Source of the DNA: Takakia lepidozioides
Taxonomy: Eukaryota; Plantae; Bryophyta
Direction of reading: 5' to 3'
Length of the DNA: 64,000 nt
NCBI GenBank assembly: GCA_030704615.1
Contig: CM060732.1
Location: 31,992,001-32,056,000, forward strand
Of this stretch, positions 11,606 to 25,245 are shown piece after piece. Numbering within the stretch: position 1 is the stretch's first letter; each line of letters begins with the position of its first letter. Under the pieces are notes generated by a model. The model had not been told where the DNA came from and searched no databases. It saw only the letters and a program-made list of their open reading frames with translations. Both the position numbers and the translations under genes were made by a program.

Positions 11606-13778
11606 TGTGTTTCGGATTTGCAATTCCCTCTGTATCCCACCAAGGAATCAACTTAGAATCTGTTTATACCTTTGTGAGGAGGGATCCCTTTCCCTATATA
11701 GGCATCCCTTTCCTCTATATAGCTCTTCACAGATGGCATTTATCTCCTGTCTATGAGCTCCCAGCCATAAAACCCCAACGGGGCCAAGGCTTTAGGCTCA
11801 ACCTCAAGATTTTGAAAGTTGATGAATAGAGGTGCAGGGACTCTGTGAAGTGGAGGTCCTCTCTGATGAGAATACCCTGGACATTATATCAGAAAATGGA
11901 TATTGCATATTGGAAATTGGATATTGGATTTTGATATATGAAAAGATGGATATTGGATATTGATTAGATATTTGATATTTGAGAGGTAGGAAGGGAGACA
12001 GACTTCATTTGAAACATATTCCAGACTGTTCCATTTTCACCCCGAAACATGGCTGCCAGTCATCACCAAGCACTGTCCAGTTTATCCATCCACAGGGGCT
12101 TGAAATTCAGTTCAATGTCTCTTCTGAAATCAAAAGAAAAAGCATTGCCAGAACAGCATGCATTGTTTAAGGCACTTGTCCAAAAACACATCAGTCAGTT
12201 CTTCCTGCCTGGAGGCACTTGCCAGTACAGCTACCCGCCATGATCAATGACATCACTAGCATATTGGAAGTCTTCGATGTCATTCAGATTATACGAGCCA
12301 GTCTCTTGACCAGCCTCAAGAGACAATCTCTTTTGAAGAACGGATTTTTCAAATGTGACTGAGTATAAGTTACCCCCAAATGAATCGTGGGGTCTCTGAA
12401 GTTGCATGGATTACCATTGCTACCATGGCTACCAGTTGGGATAGTACCCTGGTGGATTAGTGGGAATTGACTTTCACAATGTTCACATGTGTGAATAATT
12501 GTACATTGCTGTTGGCATTTCATTCTTGGTCAAGAAGATATACACCTGCTGCAATAGCGAAGATATTGGAGACATGTAACAACCTATTGAGGATTTTGGT
12601 TTTTTTGTCACCCTTCAAACTTTTGAGGGCAATCAGTTTACATCACAAATTGAATGGCTAGGTGCCCTGAAAATTGAGTAGTCTATTACCCGCCCCATGC
12701 TGCTTTACAAGGTCTTATACTAAACTGAAATGGACAGGGAAAGCCAGGCCTTGGACGCTCCAGTGTCATCGCCAACCCCAGTATGTATACGGTCCTATCA
12801 TTACTTCCTTGCCACATACAAAGCATGCAAAGTACTCACCCAAGCAGGTGCCGACTCCTTGGCAGCGGGCAGAGTCAAGTGCTTGGGGTCGACACCTCCT
12901 AGCAATGGTCTGGTTTTGTCACTGTAGCTTGCTAGCACTGACCTCACCTGTGTCAAGCCACAACTAACCACACTTCAGTATGGCAACATGTAAACAAATG
13001 GGAAGAGTTTGAGGAGTGAGGAAAGGGCAGAATGAACAGACCTATGAACATTGGTGTTTAGCTCATACACAGAACCACCAAGGGGAGGCAAAAACGAGGC
13101 ATTAGGAGCCCAGGTGGGAACAAACATTTTTCTAATTATTTGTGTAAGTTATGAGTTTGCCTCCATGTCTTGGTTCGAATGATGTCTATAGAACTTAAAC
13201 GCTCAAGACTCTCAGACTCCAACACGTAGAGAGTGACTCCCACATTGGCTATGGCGCACACCGCCACAGTAACTCGTTTGCAAGTGTGAGATGGATCTGC
13301 AGCTGCACTAAAGCAACAAAACGCATACACTTGTTTAAGCTGATTCCCCTCTCTTCCTCTATACAATACCGAGAGGCACAGGTACACACAACATTACTCA
13401 ATATCAGCCATGTTGATGGTTTGGCGATTCCCAAATGCACCATGCTGCTTGAGAATAAACTGGGAAATGTGGAGCAATGCAAGTTCAGTCACGGGCCCAA
13501 CTTGGCCACCGGTTCTATCCCTGTTTGCAGAAACATTGTAATGAAAGGACAACTGGCAATTTCTGCTGCCAAATCACTTAGCAAAGATTCAATAAATAGC
13601 CATGTAGCAGGATGCCCATCCTTAAAGCAGCCATCCCCTTATCTGCTTTCCTCACATGAGAACATCCACCAATCATTAGACCTCCCATACTGAGACCGCG
13701 TCGGACGATTACAGGGAGGGTGTGACGACCAGATTGTAGCAACTTGATAATAAAAGAGAAAAAAACGAGAGGTCGTGC

Positions 13779-13781
<3 letters not shown>

Positions 13782-13826
<45 letters not shown>
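13782..13826. repeat. (GA)n microsatellite
   Basis: Uninterrupted GA run. Confidence 0.95.
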
Positions 13827-13828
<2 letters not shown>

Positions 13829-15193
13829 TTGTTACCTACTAGAACAGCTTCACATGCAAGCCCTCTTGTGTGCGTTGCTTTCGTCTATAATCTGGAGATC
13901 TTGGAGTGATTTGTGAAAGAAACCAGGGAGCAGCTGAGCAGCCAGAGTCTCAACCCTGGACCCAAGTACCTTACAAACTCTACGGAAAAGACCTTGCGCT
14001 GCATCTTACTTTCATGCCCTACTGATGAGGAACAGCCTCGGTACAGACAGTACAGTAACCTCAGCTTTTGCAAAGCCAAGCAAGATTCTACCTTCACCGA
14101 ACAACTAGGGTAAAATGTTTGCGCCTTGTCCTCCTGGAGCCAACCATTCGTGGCGATCAAGGATAGACGCAATGCAAAACGCAGCAGGAGTTAAACACCA
14201 AGCAAAGTCAACAAGAGCGGCGAGGGCCTGGATGGCGCCTCGCACGGAGAAGCTCAAAAGCGCGGGCGAACAGCGCCTCCCGAGTGCCCCCTGCAAGATG
14301 CGCGGAGTCCGGCGCACAGACCAGCGAGGGAAAGGCCACAAGCGAGGGAGAGGCCACGGTTTGTGTTGAGCACCACAACTGTTGAGAGCTTCCAGCTTGC
14401 AAGGTGAACGATCGCGGGAAGGCCCAAAGCTTGCAACGATGGCAGGAAAGCCCAAAGCTTACGTGACAATCGCAGATCGCACTTACACTTAAAAAGTCCA
14501 GGGAAACGTAGAGTGGAGACACTCTTGTCCCTCGCGATGCACCTACGTGCCACCGCCGGTGCCAGGATGTACTATTTTTATCGGACCCGTAGGAGGTCTC
14601 CTTAGTACAACAACCAAGAATGGGCAGAATTCAAGAAAACAAAACTCGCAGCCTTCGTAAGGGTCCATTAAACTTCTAATGCAGCAATTACACACGGACT
14701 GTCACAGTTATGGCTCCCCCCTGCCCGCGCTGTTCATTCAATATACCAAGCCGTCACCCCTCTACAACAACAATCTCTCCTCGAAACCCAGCCATCATAT
14801 CTGGTATGCCCCCTCCCAACCCAACCCGTAACTGTCTCCCTCACCTCAACCTCTGCCACCCACTCCTCCACCACCCTTACTACACTCACTCGTGCACCAC
14901 CCACTTAGCCTCTTCTTCTGCCATTCCACTCTCTTTATACCACCCCCTACTTCGCTCCCTCTGTAATCCACACACTCACTTTTGCCCTCTCCTCCTCTCA
15001 AACACAACGTACAGTTTATTCCCATTCTGCTTCGTACTCTACCACTCCCCCTCTCCACGCATGACTAGCGCACAGGTAGCATCCAAAAACAGTCTCACAC
15101 TCCCCATAAGCAATCCCACTCCATAGACAAAAAAAAACTCACAGTCGAAGGTCACCTATTAGCCCCAGCCGTGTCCGCAGCCCCTCTGCCACA

Positions 15194-17286
15194 ATGAAGC
15201 AGCACCTCGATGGCGACGAAGACATGCTGCTCCACAACGACACTGATGTCAGCGAAATGCATCTCTCTGACGAACAATTCTTCGCCAACCCTCAAGCATA
15301 CCAAACACGCTCAGCTCACAAACAAACGGCCTCCCATATGTAGCACACATTAGGTCACCCCCTCAACACACCAAGTCCACAACAGCCAACGCAACAATTA
15401 GCACTGTGTACCCTAGCGAAGATGCACAACAGCAGCCCACACCACAAGCGTTCTCCGAGCAATTACAACAGCGATGCGGGGAGTTCCCACTCGGATCCAA
15501 AAAAATCCAGGGGACATTCCCCCCCTGGCCCAGTGCAAATCATGGAGATCTCAAGCTACCAGGTTGACCCCCGACTCTGGATGGGCTACTACGCCTTGGA
15601 TAAACATGCAAGTGATACCAAGCTCCCCTACATCAAGGAGACCCGCTCCACGTTAGCTCTCCAAGCCCTGGGCCTCTCGAACAATGAAATCTACGAGATG
15701 AGGCACAGTCTCAAAGCCTATCCTCACGTCCCTCAATTATTCTATCCCGCGGTACGTCCAGATGGGAGAGAAGGGCAACTCTACCCGCTCACGCAACTAC
15801 CAAAATCGACCCAGTCTCAAGTCTGCCTGCAACGCCATATCACATCATCATACGATTTGACTCCAACACTGACATGCCCAAGGAACAGGCTCTGTTCAGG
15901 GCTCGCAAGAGATTTGAAGTTATGAATATTCCTCTCGGCAAAGTCCTATTAGCACCGATCACAGCATATACAACGCACACAAGCAAACTCTGGGCAGATG
16001 TTTTCAAAGTTGAGCTCCTACACCCCGCCACCGACGGTGTGGCCATCTTGAAAGGCGACCATGCCTTTGTAATGGAGATGGCCTCTGGCTTACAGGTCCA
16101 AGGGAAAATAAAGAAGGCATTTGATCTGCCTGCCTCCCCCGAATATCTCTCTCTTTACTTGACCAGCGAATCCTTACTGGGAGCTCTCAGCTACAACCTC
16201 ACCAGGCAGTTCATCCTGGAGTCATATTCGCATGAAGACGAATTCGAAATCCTTCACGTGCACAAACCAGGCCCAGAGTCAAAATTCTGCTTTGTCTACT
16301 TGGCCTCAGAGGACACCAAGCAACGTATGTTGATGCATGGAATCCGCTACGAGCATACACTCCTCAGGCCACAGCTACGGGTCAAAAAGACAAGTATGAC
16401 TGGACTCAAAGCTACCCCGCAAGAATTGGTTGCAGAACGTGATGCCCTTACACTGGTGGTCAAGAATCTCAACCCCCTTCACTCTCAGACTACTACCATG
16501 AACGCCTTCCACTCCCTCTTTGGCAAAGACAACATTGCACAACTGCACTACAACTCGGTGGCTCCCACGGAAAAAACAAGGCATACTGGTATGGTCCTAA
16601 TCACCTGTAAGAACCCCAATATCTACACTCAGTGGTGTCACAAGCCTGACATTATGGTCATTGATCGACGGATCAAATTCGAGCCACATGCACACAGTCT
16701 CAACGGCTCGTCCCCTCCACCCAAAGAGATACTTGACCGAATGCGGGTGGCGAACATTAATCAGGCGCTAGCTGACACTGTTAATTCCATCAGCATTCAA
16801 CCCGACGCTGGTCCTAGTCGGAACCACGACCAGATGATGTCAGAAATTGACAAACGGCTTGCCGACCATGCTATTTCCATACGCAAGGACATCCGTGGAG
16901 ATCTTGCAGCCATGGAAGGCAGAGTTGCTTCCACCATTCAAGCACAACAGGAAGTCCACCATACGTATCTGGTCTCGCTACAAGAGTCAATCACCCAGAA
17001 TCTAGGAGACAATCTGGCCAGCTTTTACAGACATGCTAACCTGGTTATGAACAAATTACCACCCCCCTCCAGTATGGCTACTCCTTCTGCAGGAACGGGA
17101 GAGGCCAAGGATGGGACGGAGGCTCTAACATGTGGGTACCGGCCAGCAGCTGCGGTCGAACTGCACCATACACTCCCTCCGCGTTTCAACATTGCAGATT
17201 CCCCCTTTGCCCAAACTGGAGCTGGCTCTACGCACCAGCTACGGTTGTTCCACAGATTCGTCGCCCATTGCTTGTTCAGATCTTAG
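15194..17286 (+). mobile_element. Degenerate ORF1/gag-like gene of a probable non-LTR retrotransposon (tandem RRM-like domains plus coiled coil), no ORF2
   Basis: Intronless frame from ATG 15194 (stop ~15340, frameshift ~15870) into the 470-aa ORF. RRM-like segments FCFVYLASEDTKQRMLMHGIRY and LTLVVKNL...HTGMVLITCKN...IKFEPH, then a heptad-rich region. Preceded by a C/pyrimidine-rich leader at ~14750-15130. Confidence 0.45.
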
Positions 17287-17889
17287 CCGCTTGGACGCCT
17301 GTGCATGCACTTGCGTTTGATAACTATAATGCCAGAGGCGTTTTGATGGTATCTGATCATGTTCAGGGAGATGAAGCGTTGCATAATTGGAAGTTTTGAA
17401 ACAACCGTTTAAAATAGTTAATACACTAAGAATTTTTTAAGAATGGTACCTGGGTTTAGTGGTTAAGGAAGTTATTTGTGTATCATAAGGCGGAGGTTCA
17501 AACCTTGTTCCTACACCATTCCCTTGTAGTTAGTTTTTTTTTCTATTTATTTCAAGATTCATTGGATAGATCCTAGAAATGAATATTGAGTAGTTAAATT
17601 ACTGCTTGTACTCTCACAAATCCACCTTGGTTTGTTGGTTAGGGACCTCCGCTGCATCGCCAAAGTTGGGGGGTGAACTCTCGCTATATATATATATCAT
17701 AATTATTTATCCCGAAGTAATTATACATTTGCCTTACTTATTTCTAGACTACTGTTTTCATAAATATGTCAATGAGTTAACACTAACTGTTGGTTACAAA
17801 TTACAAACACAAATACTTATAACATAGAAAATTTATAAATCCACACTAGCGGCACCCTTGGAGCTAGGCGGCGCATTCGGGACCTAAAC

Positions 17890-18102
17890 GGGGTGCATTA
17901 ATGGTTGACATATTTTTGGTGCGTCTGCCGAGAGATAGACTAGCTGTTTGTAGTGTTCTGAACATCTTGTTTTCGTTATTTTGAAATTTATTACAATAAT
18001 TCTCAAATATTTCAAGATGGCTGTGCAGATTAAAGAAGATGGTAGCGAACGATCGGTTTTTTTATCTCCTTTGAGAGAAGAGTGCAAGGGCACTACCGCA
18101 CC
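17890..18102. repeat. Dispersed ~210-bp MITE-like repeat, copy 1
   Basis: Collinear with 19029-19234 (tggttgWcatatttttggtgcgt...tagactagctgttt...gaagatggtagcgWacgatcg...cgcacc). Confidence 0.6.
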
Positions 18103-19028
18103 ATTTCATCCTATTATTTAGGGGAGTGAGAGCCCAAGGATCAAAGAGAGATCACGCATCTGTGTTTGAGCAAAATCCTCGAGATTGCTGAAGAGTATCG
18201 CGGCAATTGGATTGAGGCAAAAGTAGGTCCTCCCACACCTGGGGCTTACATGGCACCTATCGTAGAGTTTTTTCGACTCAATACTAGATGGCCGGGATGT
18301 TGTGAGCCACTCTTCCTGAGGAAGGGGTGGCCGTAAAAGATCATCTACACTACACCGCAATAACCAACAAACCCAATCGTGCTTTCTATCGATATGAGTA
18401 GTGCTACCTCGTGTCTATGTTTAAATACACATTGGTTAATTTATTATTTGCTTAAGTTAAGGTGAATATTTTTAAAAAGGGTTGGCAAGATGAATGACAT
18501 CCGTCAAATCGATGAATGGTGATGATGACGTGCAACAACAACCAAAAGCGTGCTGTATGACAGGCCTGGGAGTACCGCAAGATTATTATCAGCGGAGAGT
18601 AATAGCGAGCGATCAGTCGAATGTAAATAAACAATAAATTAACCAATGTGCATTTAAGCACCGACACCTAGTAAAATAATTAATCAGTTTTTTCTAGATT
18701 GCCCATTAATATTAAATCTGATCCATTCATCTGGATGGACCAGATCGAGCCACCTCTTCATCCACAATTGAGTCTCATTTCATTCGAATTTCATCACACA
18801 TTCACCGAGGGTTTCAAGTTTTGAACCCCGAACTTTGATCCTTGCAACTTCCGTCTATCCAAATATCACCTTCCTCATCCATGCAACTTCATCCGTGATC
18901 AATGGTGGTCATTGATTATAAGCCGATGCTTCAGATTTTGCCACCGCTTCATATTAACTTCCATTCACATTTTCCGTCCACTGATCCATTAATCTAATCC
19001 CCGAATCTAATTTAAGTATGCAATCATT

Positions 19029-19234
19029 AGTGCGGTGCTTCAGTGGTTGTCATATTTTTGGTGCGTTTGTCGGGAGCTAGACTAGCTGTTTTTAAATCCT
19101 TAAATATCTTGTTTATTGAGATAATAAATTATTTTACAGAATATTCTTGAAAATGGTTGTGCAGAAGGAAGATGGTAGCGTACGATCGATTTTTTGTATC
19201 ATTTGAGAAGAGAGTACATGGACATTATCGCACC
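19029..19234. repeat. Dispersed ~210-bp MITE-like repeat, copy 2
   Basis: Similar to 17890-18102; ends gtgcggt.../...atcgcacc are weakly inverted. Confidence 0.6.
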
Positions 19235-21747
19235 ATATCCTCATGTCATTTTGGAGAATGGGATCCCAAGGATCACTGCGTTAACCCCAACTTGGTTTTT
19301 TCCTTGTCTTTTCACAAATGCTTCGGGTCAAGTCATCTTTTATGAAAAAGAAAATCCCTTTAAAACTCCAATTTCTGGTTTTTAAGGGGGGTCAATTTAA
19401 TCAAAGCTTCAATGACATTTATCATTATTTAACAATTGAAATAAAATACGAAAAATAATTAAATATATATATAAAATCCCTAATATGGAAATTTTCGTGG
19501 ATCCTCAAATTACCTTCAGAGGAGCCCGGGAACGGGCCGGGGAGCAGAAAATGTCGAAGAATGGTTCTCCTGCTGCTTTGAGTGCCGCCCAATCAGCGGA
19601 TGGACGAAAAGTTGCAGCGGATGGACAGAAAACCGACTTGCTTATCCAATAATATTAAAACGTGATGGGTGTAAGCTTAAAATAATACAATGGTGGCGCC
19701 TATGGTTTAGCCACATGTCCCTTAAGTGTCCCCTTGGAACGTAAATCAAGGGTAGAGGGGTCCTTTTCACTTAAAACTTGTCATCCCCTCTCTCTAGCTC
19801 CTATACTATTCACTACTGTAGCCTAGATTTAAGGATAGTGTAGTTTCAGTCCAAATTTATTCCCTCACTGTCTCGTTGTGTAGATCGAGTCCATTTAAAC
19901 CCCAACTCCATATATTTCCTCTTACACATAGAGGGTTAATTCTTTTCAAATGAAAATAAATCCACAAGCTTATGGCATAAAACATGAATGGAATAAAAAT
20001 CAAACTCAATTCAAATGAGGTAGGCGGTGAATCACCCTCCAAGTATGAGATGGTGCTTGGGATGTTCTAATCGTTCGGTGGTATGGTACTCATTTCGACC
20101 TTTCTTAGTCCTCGTCAAACTTGGTCCATACCCGGCATTCTTACTCGTCTCCAAGTCTCCCATCCTACTCTTGGCGTCTACAATCCCTCCTTCAACTACT
20201 AAATGGCTCAAAGGCCAATGAGCTAGGACCTCGCCCCTTAGCTCTTAAAAGCTTTCATAATACTAAAGAGCTCAAGCTCTAGTATCTAGGATCTATGCTC
20301 TTCTGGCCACTATCAAGCTACACTAACAAAATAACAAAGCAAGAATGAAGCAAAAGGTAATGGAGCCTTGTCTTTCTTTTATACTACTTTTGGGCCTAAT
20401 TAACTAATGGAAAATAAAATTAAACTAATTTAGACTATAGGGGGCCAAGCAATAGATGGCTTTAGACTAATATTTTGGATGGAAATCATTTTAGTGAACT
20501 AAAAAATGGTTTTTTATTTTTAAACTTGATGACTAATTAATTCTAATAATTCAAACAGCTCCAACGTCGAATTTGTCATTTTTTCACCAATAAGAAAAAT
20601 ATAAATCCAAACAAACGGGCACCGTCGGTGGCTTTGAAATTTGGTGCCATTGATAACGTTAATCATAATTCACCAAACTTGGTGATAAACTATAATTAGG
20701 TATTCCGTAATAGTCTGTAAATTCTCAGGGTCATCGGATCTAAAAAACCTTTTCAAATCTCATTCTTCGTTGATCCAGATATATACATTGTAAAAATAAA
20801 TGCTATCAGATTGGAATCTGCATTATGATACCGATGTGAATAGCTTGAAAAAACGTTCGGACCAATTTTTATTATTTATTGATTTTGTAACAGCAATCAC
20901 TTGATTATGTTCGGGATGATTATCAATAATCAGAGACAGGGTTGTCGATTAACATGTCCGGGATGTGCAATAAAATTATGTTCATCCTTGCATATGTCTA
21001 TGTTTATTTAAGACTTTGACACGTACGTAATCAATAGCAGCACATACTAGATGCCAAATAGATTGTTGGAATCTGTAATATTTGTCGACCGTATACAGAT
21101 GGTTTATTAGTTCTACAAAAATATTGCGATATTTATAGTGTACATGTTCAATTCAATGATGATGGTTTGGTTGTTGACAGAAATATATATTGGCACATAC
21201 CTCATTGTACCATAGTTATTAGCGTGAGTGACGTTATGTCACGTCAGATCTGACGCTGACGAGGCCTACGTCATGTCAGTTTTGAGATATATAAAGATAA
21301 ATTTTAAGGGGTGAAAAATATGACACGTAACTATACATGTCCTCCGTAAAATTACACGTGGGTATTTTTCAGTTTAATTTTTTTTATTTAAAAACAAATT
21401 GTACGATAGTTTGCGGTCGTCCCATTGTCGCAGTCATCCAGCAGTCGCACGAACTCATTCAAAAAGATATTATTAAAATAAAATAAAATAAAAAACCACG
21501 CATAGTCATTGTCGTTCAATAACTACCGTCGTCCGACGGCCGCCCATTGTCAGATGGTTCGTCCAGAAGTCGTCTAACTCGCCGTCGCCCAGTACTCGTC
21601 CGATCCAAACATAAAAATAAAAGTTATATAGCCACCGTCATTGTCGCCCAGCGATCAGTCAAATAAAATTAAAATAAATAATAAATAAAAATGCACATCC
21701 GGCGTCGCCCAGTAGTCATTTGAACTAATAAATAAATGGATAGATGC

Positions 21748-22463
21748 AGGGTAAGGTGGACCAATATTAGCGTCACCGGCACAGTTGTTAGTGACTGTTG
21801 TGCATGATATCATGAATTGCTTTGAGTATAATCAATAATGTTGAGAAACATTTTCCATACTGGATTCATAACTTCAATATCTACCTATATCTACCGTCAA
21901 ATTGTCAATCAAGTAAAACGTCCAAAATGTATGGACTTTTGATCACAACAACTGTGGATTTTACTACTGCAAATGAAAATATATGGACTCAAAATAAGCC
22001 ATTGTGCTTTTGGTGTATTGCTTTGAACTTTTGAGGTAAAGATGCCAATTTAGATAACACTCTAGATTTCAATTTAAAATGACTATATCAGCTATCATTT
22101 ACTACCTATGGACTAATATGAGTGTTATATATAGGTGGATTTGTTCTAATTTAGTACATCTTGTGTTTTGGGCTTTTGAGGTGTCATATTTTACTACAAA
22201 AGATACAAAAATGTAATCTTGGTTGTATATAGATAAATCGATATAAATTCTAATTTTTGATATATCAAATCTTATTCAAATTAAGAAAAAAAAATTATAG
22301 TAAAAATTATCTTTGATGTTGGGGATAAGATCATTTGCTAAAAATGTTAAATACATAATTATCTATCATAGTTTGAAATTATTTGGGAAAATATTGTCAA
22401 TTTTAAATTTGGTTATGAACTTCCATGAAAGGCAGCATCTGCCGTTTTGGTCCACCTTACCCT
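21748..22463. mobile_element. Non-autonomous TIR element (MITE), ~716 bp
   Basis: Perfect 17-bp terminal inverted repeat agggtaaggtggaccaa (21748-21764) / ttggtccaccttaccct (22447-22463) around an AT-rich non-coding interior. Confidence 0.75.
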
Positions 22464-23844
22464 ACAAACTATCCAAAATACTTCTTTCTTCATAACTCTT
22501 ATGCCGGTGTCCTCGAAGAACACTTACAGAAATGCAAATGATGAGTCCGGCTTGGCTTTAGTAACGTAATAGAGCTCGTTTGTCTCATCTCGTATATGAC
22601 GTCATGTGTAAAGAGAAATAGTCCACAGTAGCTGTCATGTCCAAGTTTTTCTCCACTTTACCTACAACACTTTCTCCTGGGGAAAGTTCAAGAGAAAAGA
22701 TTTTTTCTCCGCGAAAAAAAGCAAGCCCATCCAACCCGGGGTTTTGAGTTCCACTTTTATAAATCCGCTCCACAATCTTGTTTTAGATTGTATGATAACC
22801 TTGATCGATGAGTTGAGCTTGGTGCCGATATGTATCTCATGTCAACGAATCGTTTCTTGGCCAAGACTAGGAGGCGCTAATCCATTTCAAATCCATAATC
22901 AAATCGGATCAAAATATGTTATAATCGGCAGAGATACCTATTTTTTCGTCAATCTTGGTGCCTTTAGGGATTTGCATAGGATGATAAAATTATCCTTTGA
23001 TACCATCGCACCTTTTCATAAGGTATAACCATTGTAAGTGCCACGATTTCTGATCTAGATGATATTAGTAGTACATACGGCAGGTACCACCGCCAATGTT
23101 CTATGGTTGTGGGAACGGCACGGCAGCCGAACTAGTTTTCCTGTTTATCCAGTTGCATTATATTAATGTTACTGAGCATGTTTGCAAGATTTGTTACTAA
23201 TCCGGGATTTATATGCCCATTTGTAAATAATACTGAATATTCGTAAACTTATAAGAGCAATATCTTAGGGCTGAACGGCATCTACTCAACTCTGTCTAAT
23301 CCCCAAGTCTAATTTAAGTATGCAAGTTCTTATCATCTGAGTCTTAGGTTCTGATGTTGAAAACTTTGGCGAAGGCACAATAATATTAGGTCTAGGATAG
23401 AAGCTTATATTGATCGACTTGCCCTACGCAAAATAAGACGGTGAATTAATGATCGAGTTTGGTTGGATAGAATACTACCAAATGGACGACAACTTGAGAA
23501 TGCATATGAATTTATTTAGGAGCCATACACTTGAGCCCAATCCATTCCGCTACACACCTCAACCCCTCGAAAATCTCATTGGCTCGAAATTCAAAGCAAG
23601 AGCCATGTGCAATGCTCTATTATTAAATGAAGATCTCATTGGCTCAAAATTCAAAGTGATGTGATTACAGCCATGAACATTATCTTTGGATCCCAAACAC
23701 GTCTTTTGCTATGGTTGACCCAATAATTGTCCAGAATAATTGTCTGTTTGGCATCTAGAGAAAGAGGATCACTAGATGTTGTATCCTCTTCATACTCATC
23801 TGCCCCTCAATTATCCCGTTTATTTTTTTGCATGCTCATACGTT

Positions 23845-25245
23845 GCTGATGCTCCGAGCGGGTTGGGCTGGCGTATCCGCCGGCGCATACCTATGCAGCA
23901 GGGCTGCTCAAATGTTTCAGGAAGTTCTCACCTTTTCCATCTCCTTTGTTTTTCCGCATGCTCAAAAGTTGTTGATGCTCCGAGCGGGCTGCACTGGCAT
24001 ATCCGCCGGCGCATACCCATTGAGTATATTCTTTTTTGCTCAGCTTATAGGTTTTAGGAACCTCCTGCAAGCGTCTCCGCCGGCGGAGACACTTGGAGCT
24101 TAGTTTTTTTTGCATATTCCTTGTGTTACGGAAGCTCCAAAGCGCCAAGGCTGTCACCTCTGTCAACGCAGACCCGTGCAGCAGGGCTGCTCACATATTT
24201 CAGAAAGTTCTCCCCCCCTTCCATCTCTTTTGTTTCTCCGCATTCTCATAAGTTGTTGATCCTCCGAGCGGGCTGGGCTGCTATATCCGCCGGCGCATAC
24301 CCATTGAGCACAATCTTTTTTTGCTCAGCTTCTAGGTTTTAGGAACCTCAGCAAGCATCTCCGCCGGCGGAGATGCTTGGAGCTTGGTTATTTGTTGTAT
24401 ATTCTTTGTGTTACGTAAGCTCCAAAGTGTCGAGGCTGTCACCTCCGTCGGTGCAGACGCTTGGGGAACCTTCCCTATTTTGGTTGATCATAGTATTCAA
24501 GTATCTCAAAGCTTCTACGTTGCCACCTCCACAACTGCACATGCTTCCATAGGCCTAGTTTGATCTTTGAAGGTGCTCCTGTATGTTTGGCTACAACCTC
24601 CCTTCCATGGTATGCGCCGGCGCATATGCTTGGAGCTCCTTGAGTAAAAATTTCTTCAAGGACCTCAAAGCTTGTCAAATTTTGAGTTGGTTGCACATAT
24701 GTGTCATATGCGCCGGCGTAGGTGGTCGGAGGTCCTCTGTCAGGATGCTCAGGCCTGTATTCTGCTCCAAGTTGTAAGCTTTGAAAGTCAAAGATATTCA
24801 TGGAATTAGTTGATTATCCAAATTCATTTGTTTTCTTCATGCAACCATGACACTGAACTGCTCTTTTTACATGTTATACATTCACACATGTGCTATTCTC
24901 ATACACTGACATCTTGAACTGTTTTGGTCTATGGAATTAGGAAATTACTACTACAACTGAAGCTGTGGAGGCTGGGACGCTTGCAACCATTATTGACGAC
25001 ATTGATGCACTTCCTGAAACATGTGAGCATCCCAGCTCCAACGGTATGCACCGGTAGAGGTGGCAGCCCAACCCTTCCAAGCATCAGAAAAAACCATGGG
25101 GAATGAGCTGTCTCCGTCGGCGGAGACGGTTGTGTGTATGTGTGGAGATTCGCAAACTTGTGAGAGTTGAAGTGACTTAGGCATCTGCGCCGGCGGAGGT
25201 GCTAGATTAGGAGCAGCTTGGTGGGGCTTATGCGATGGCGCATAT
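23845..25245. repeat. Repeat region with a ~285-bp tandem duplication and recurrent GC palindromes (ccgccggcgg / gcgccggcgc)
   Basis: ctccgagcggg..atccgccggcgcatacc near 23850, 23975 and 24260; tctccgccggcggaga near 24075 and 24359; tatgcgccggcgcata near 24611; variants near 24708, 25111 and 25184. Confidence 0.8.

Noticed and set aside
12040-13700. Further exon-like segments on the - strand upstream of the BAH-like gene
   Set aside because: Splice-like signals are present, but frames are interrupted and no family is recognisable; they cannot be assigned as exons or cargo.
14100-14600. GC-rich block as the right terminus of the RAG1-like element
   Set aside because: No partner TIR is identifiable in the window and the left end may be outside it; the boundary cannot be called.
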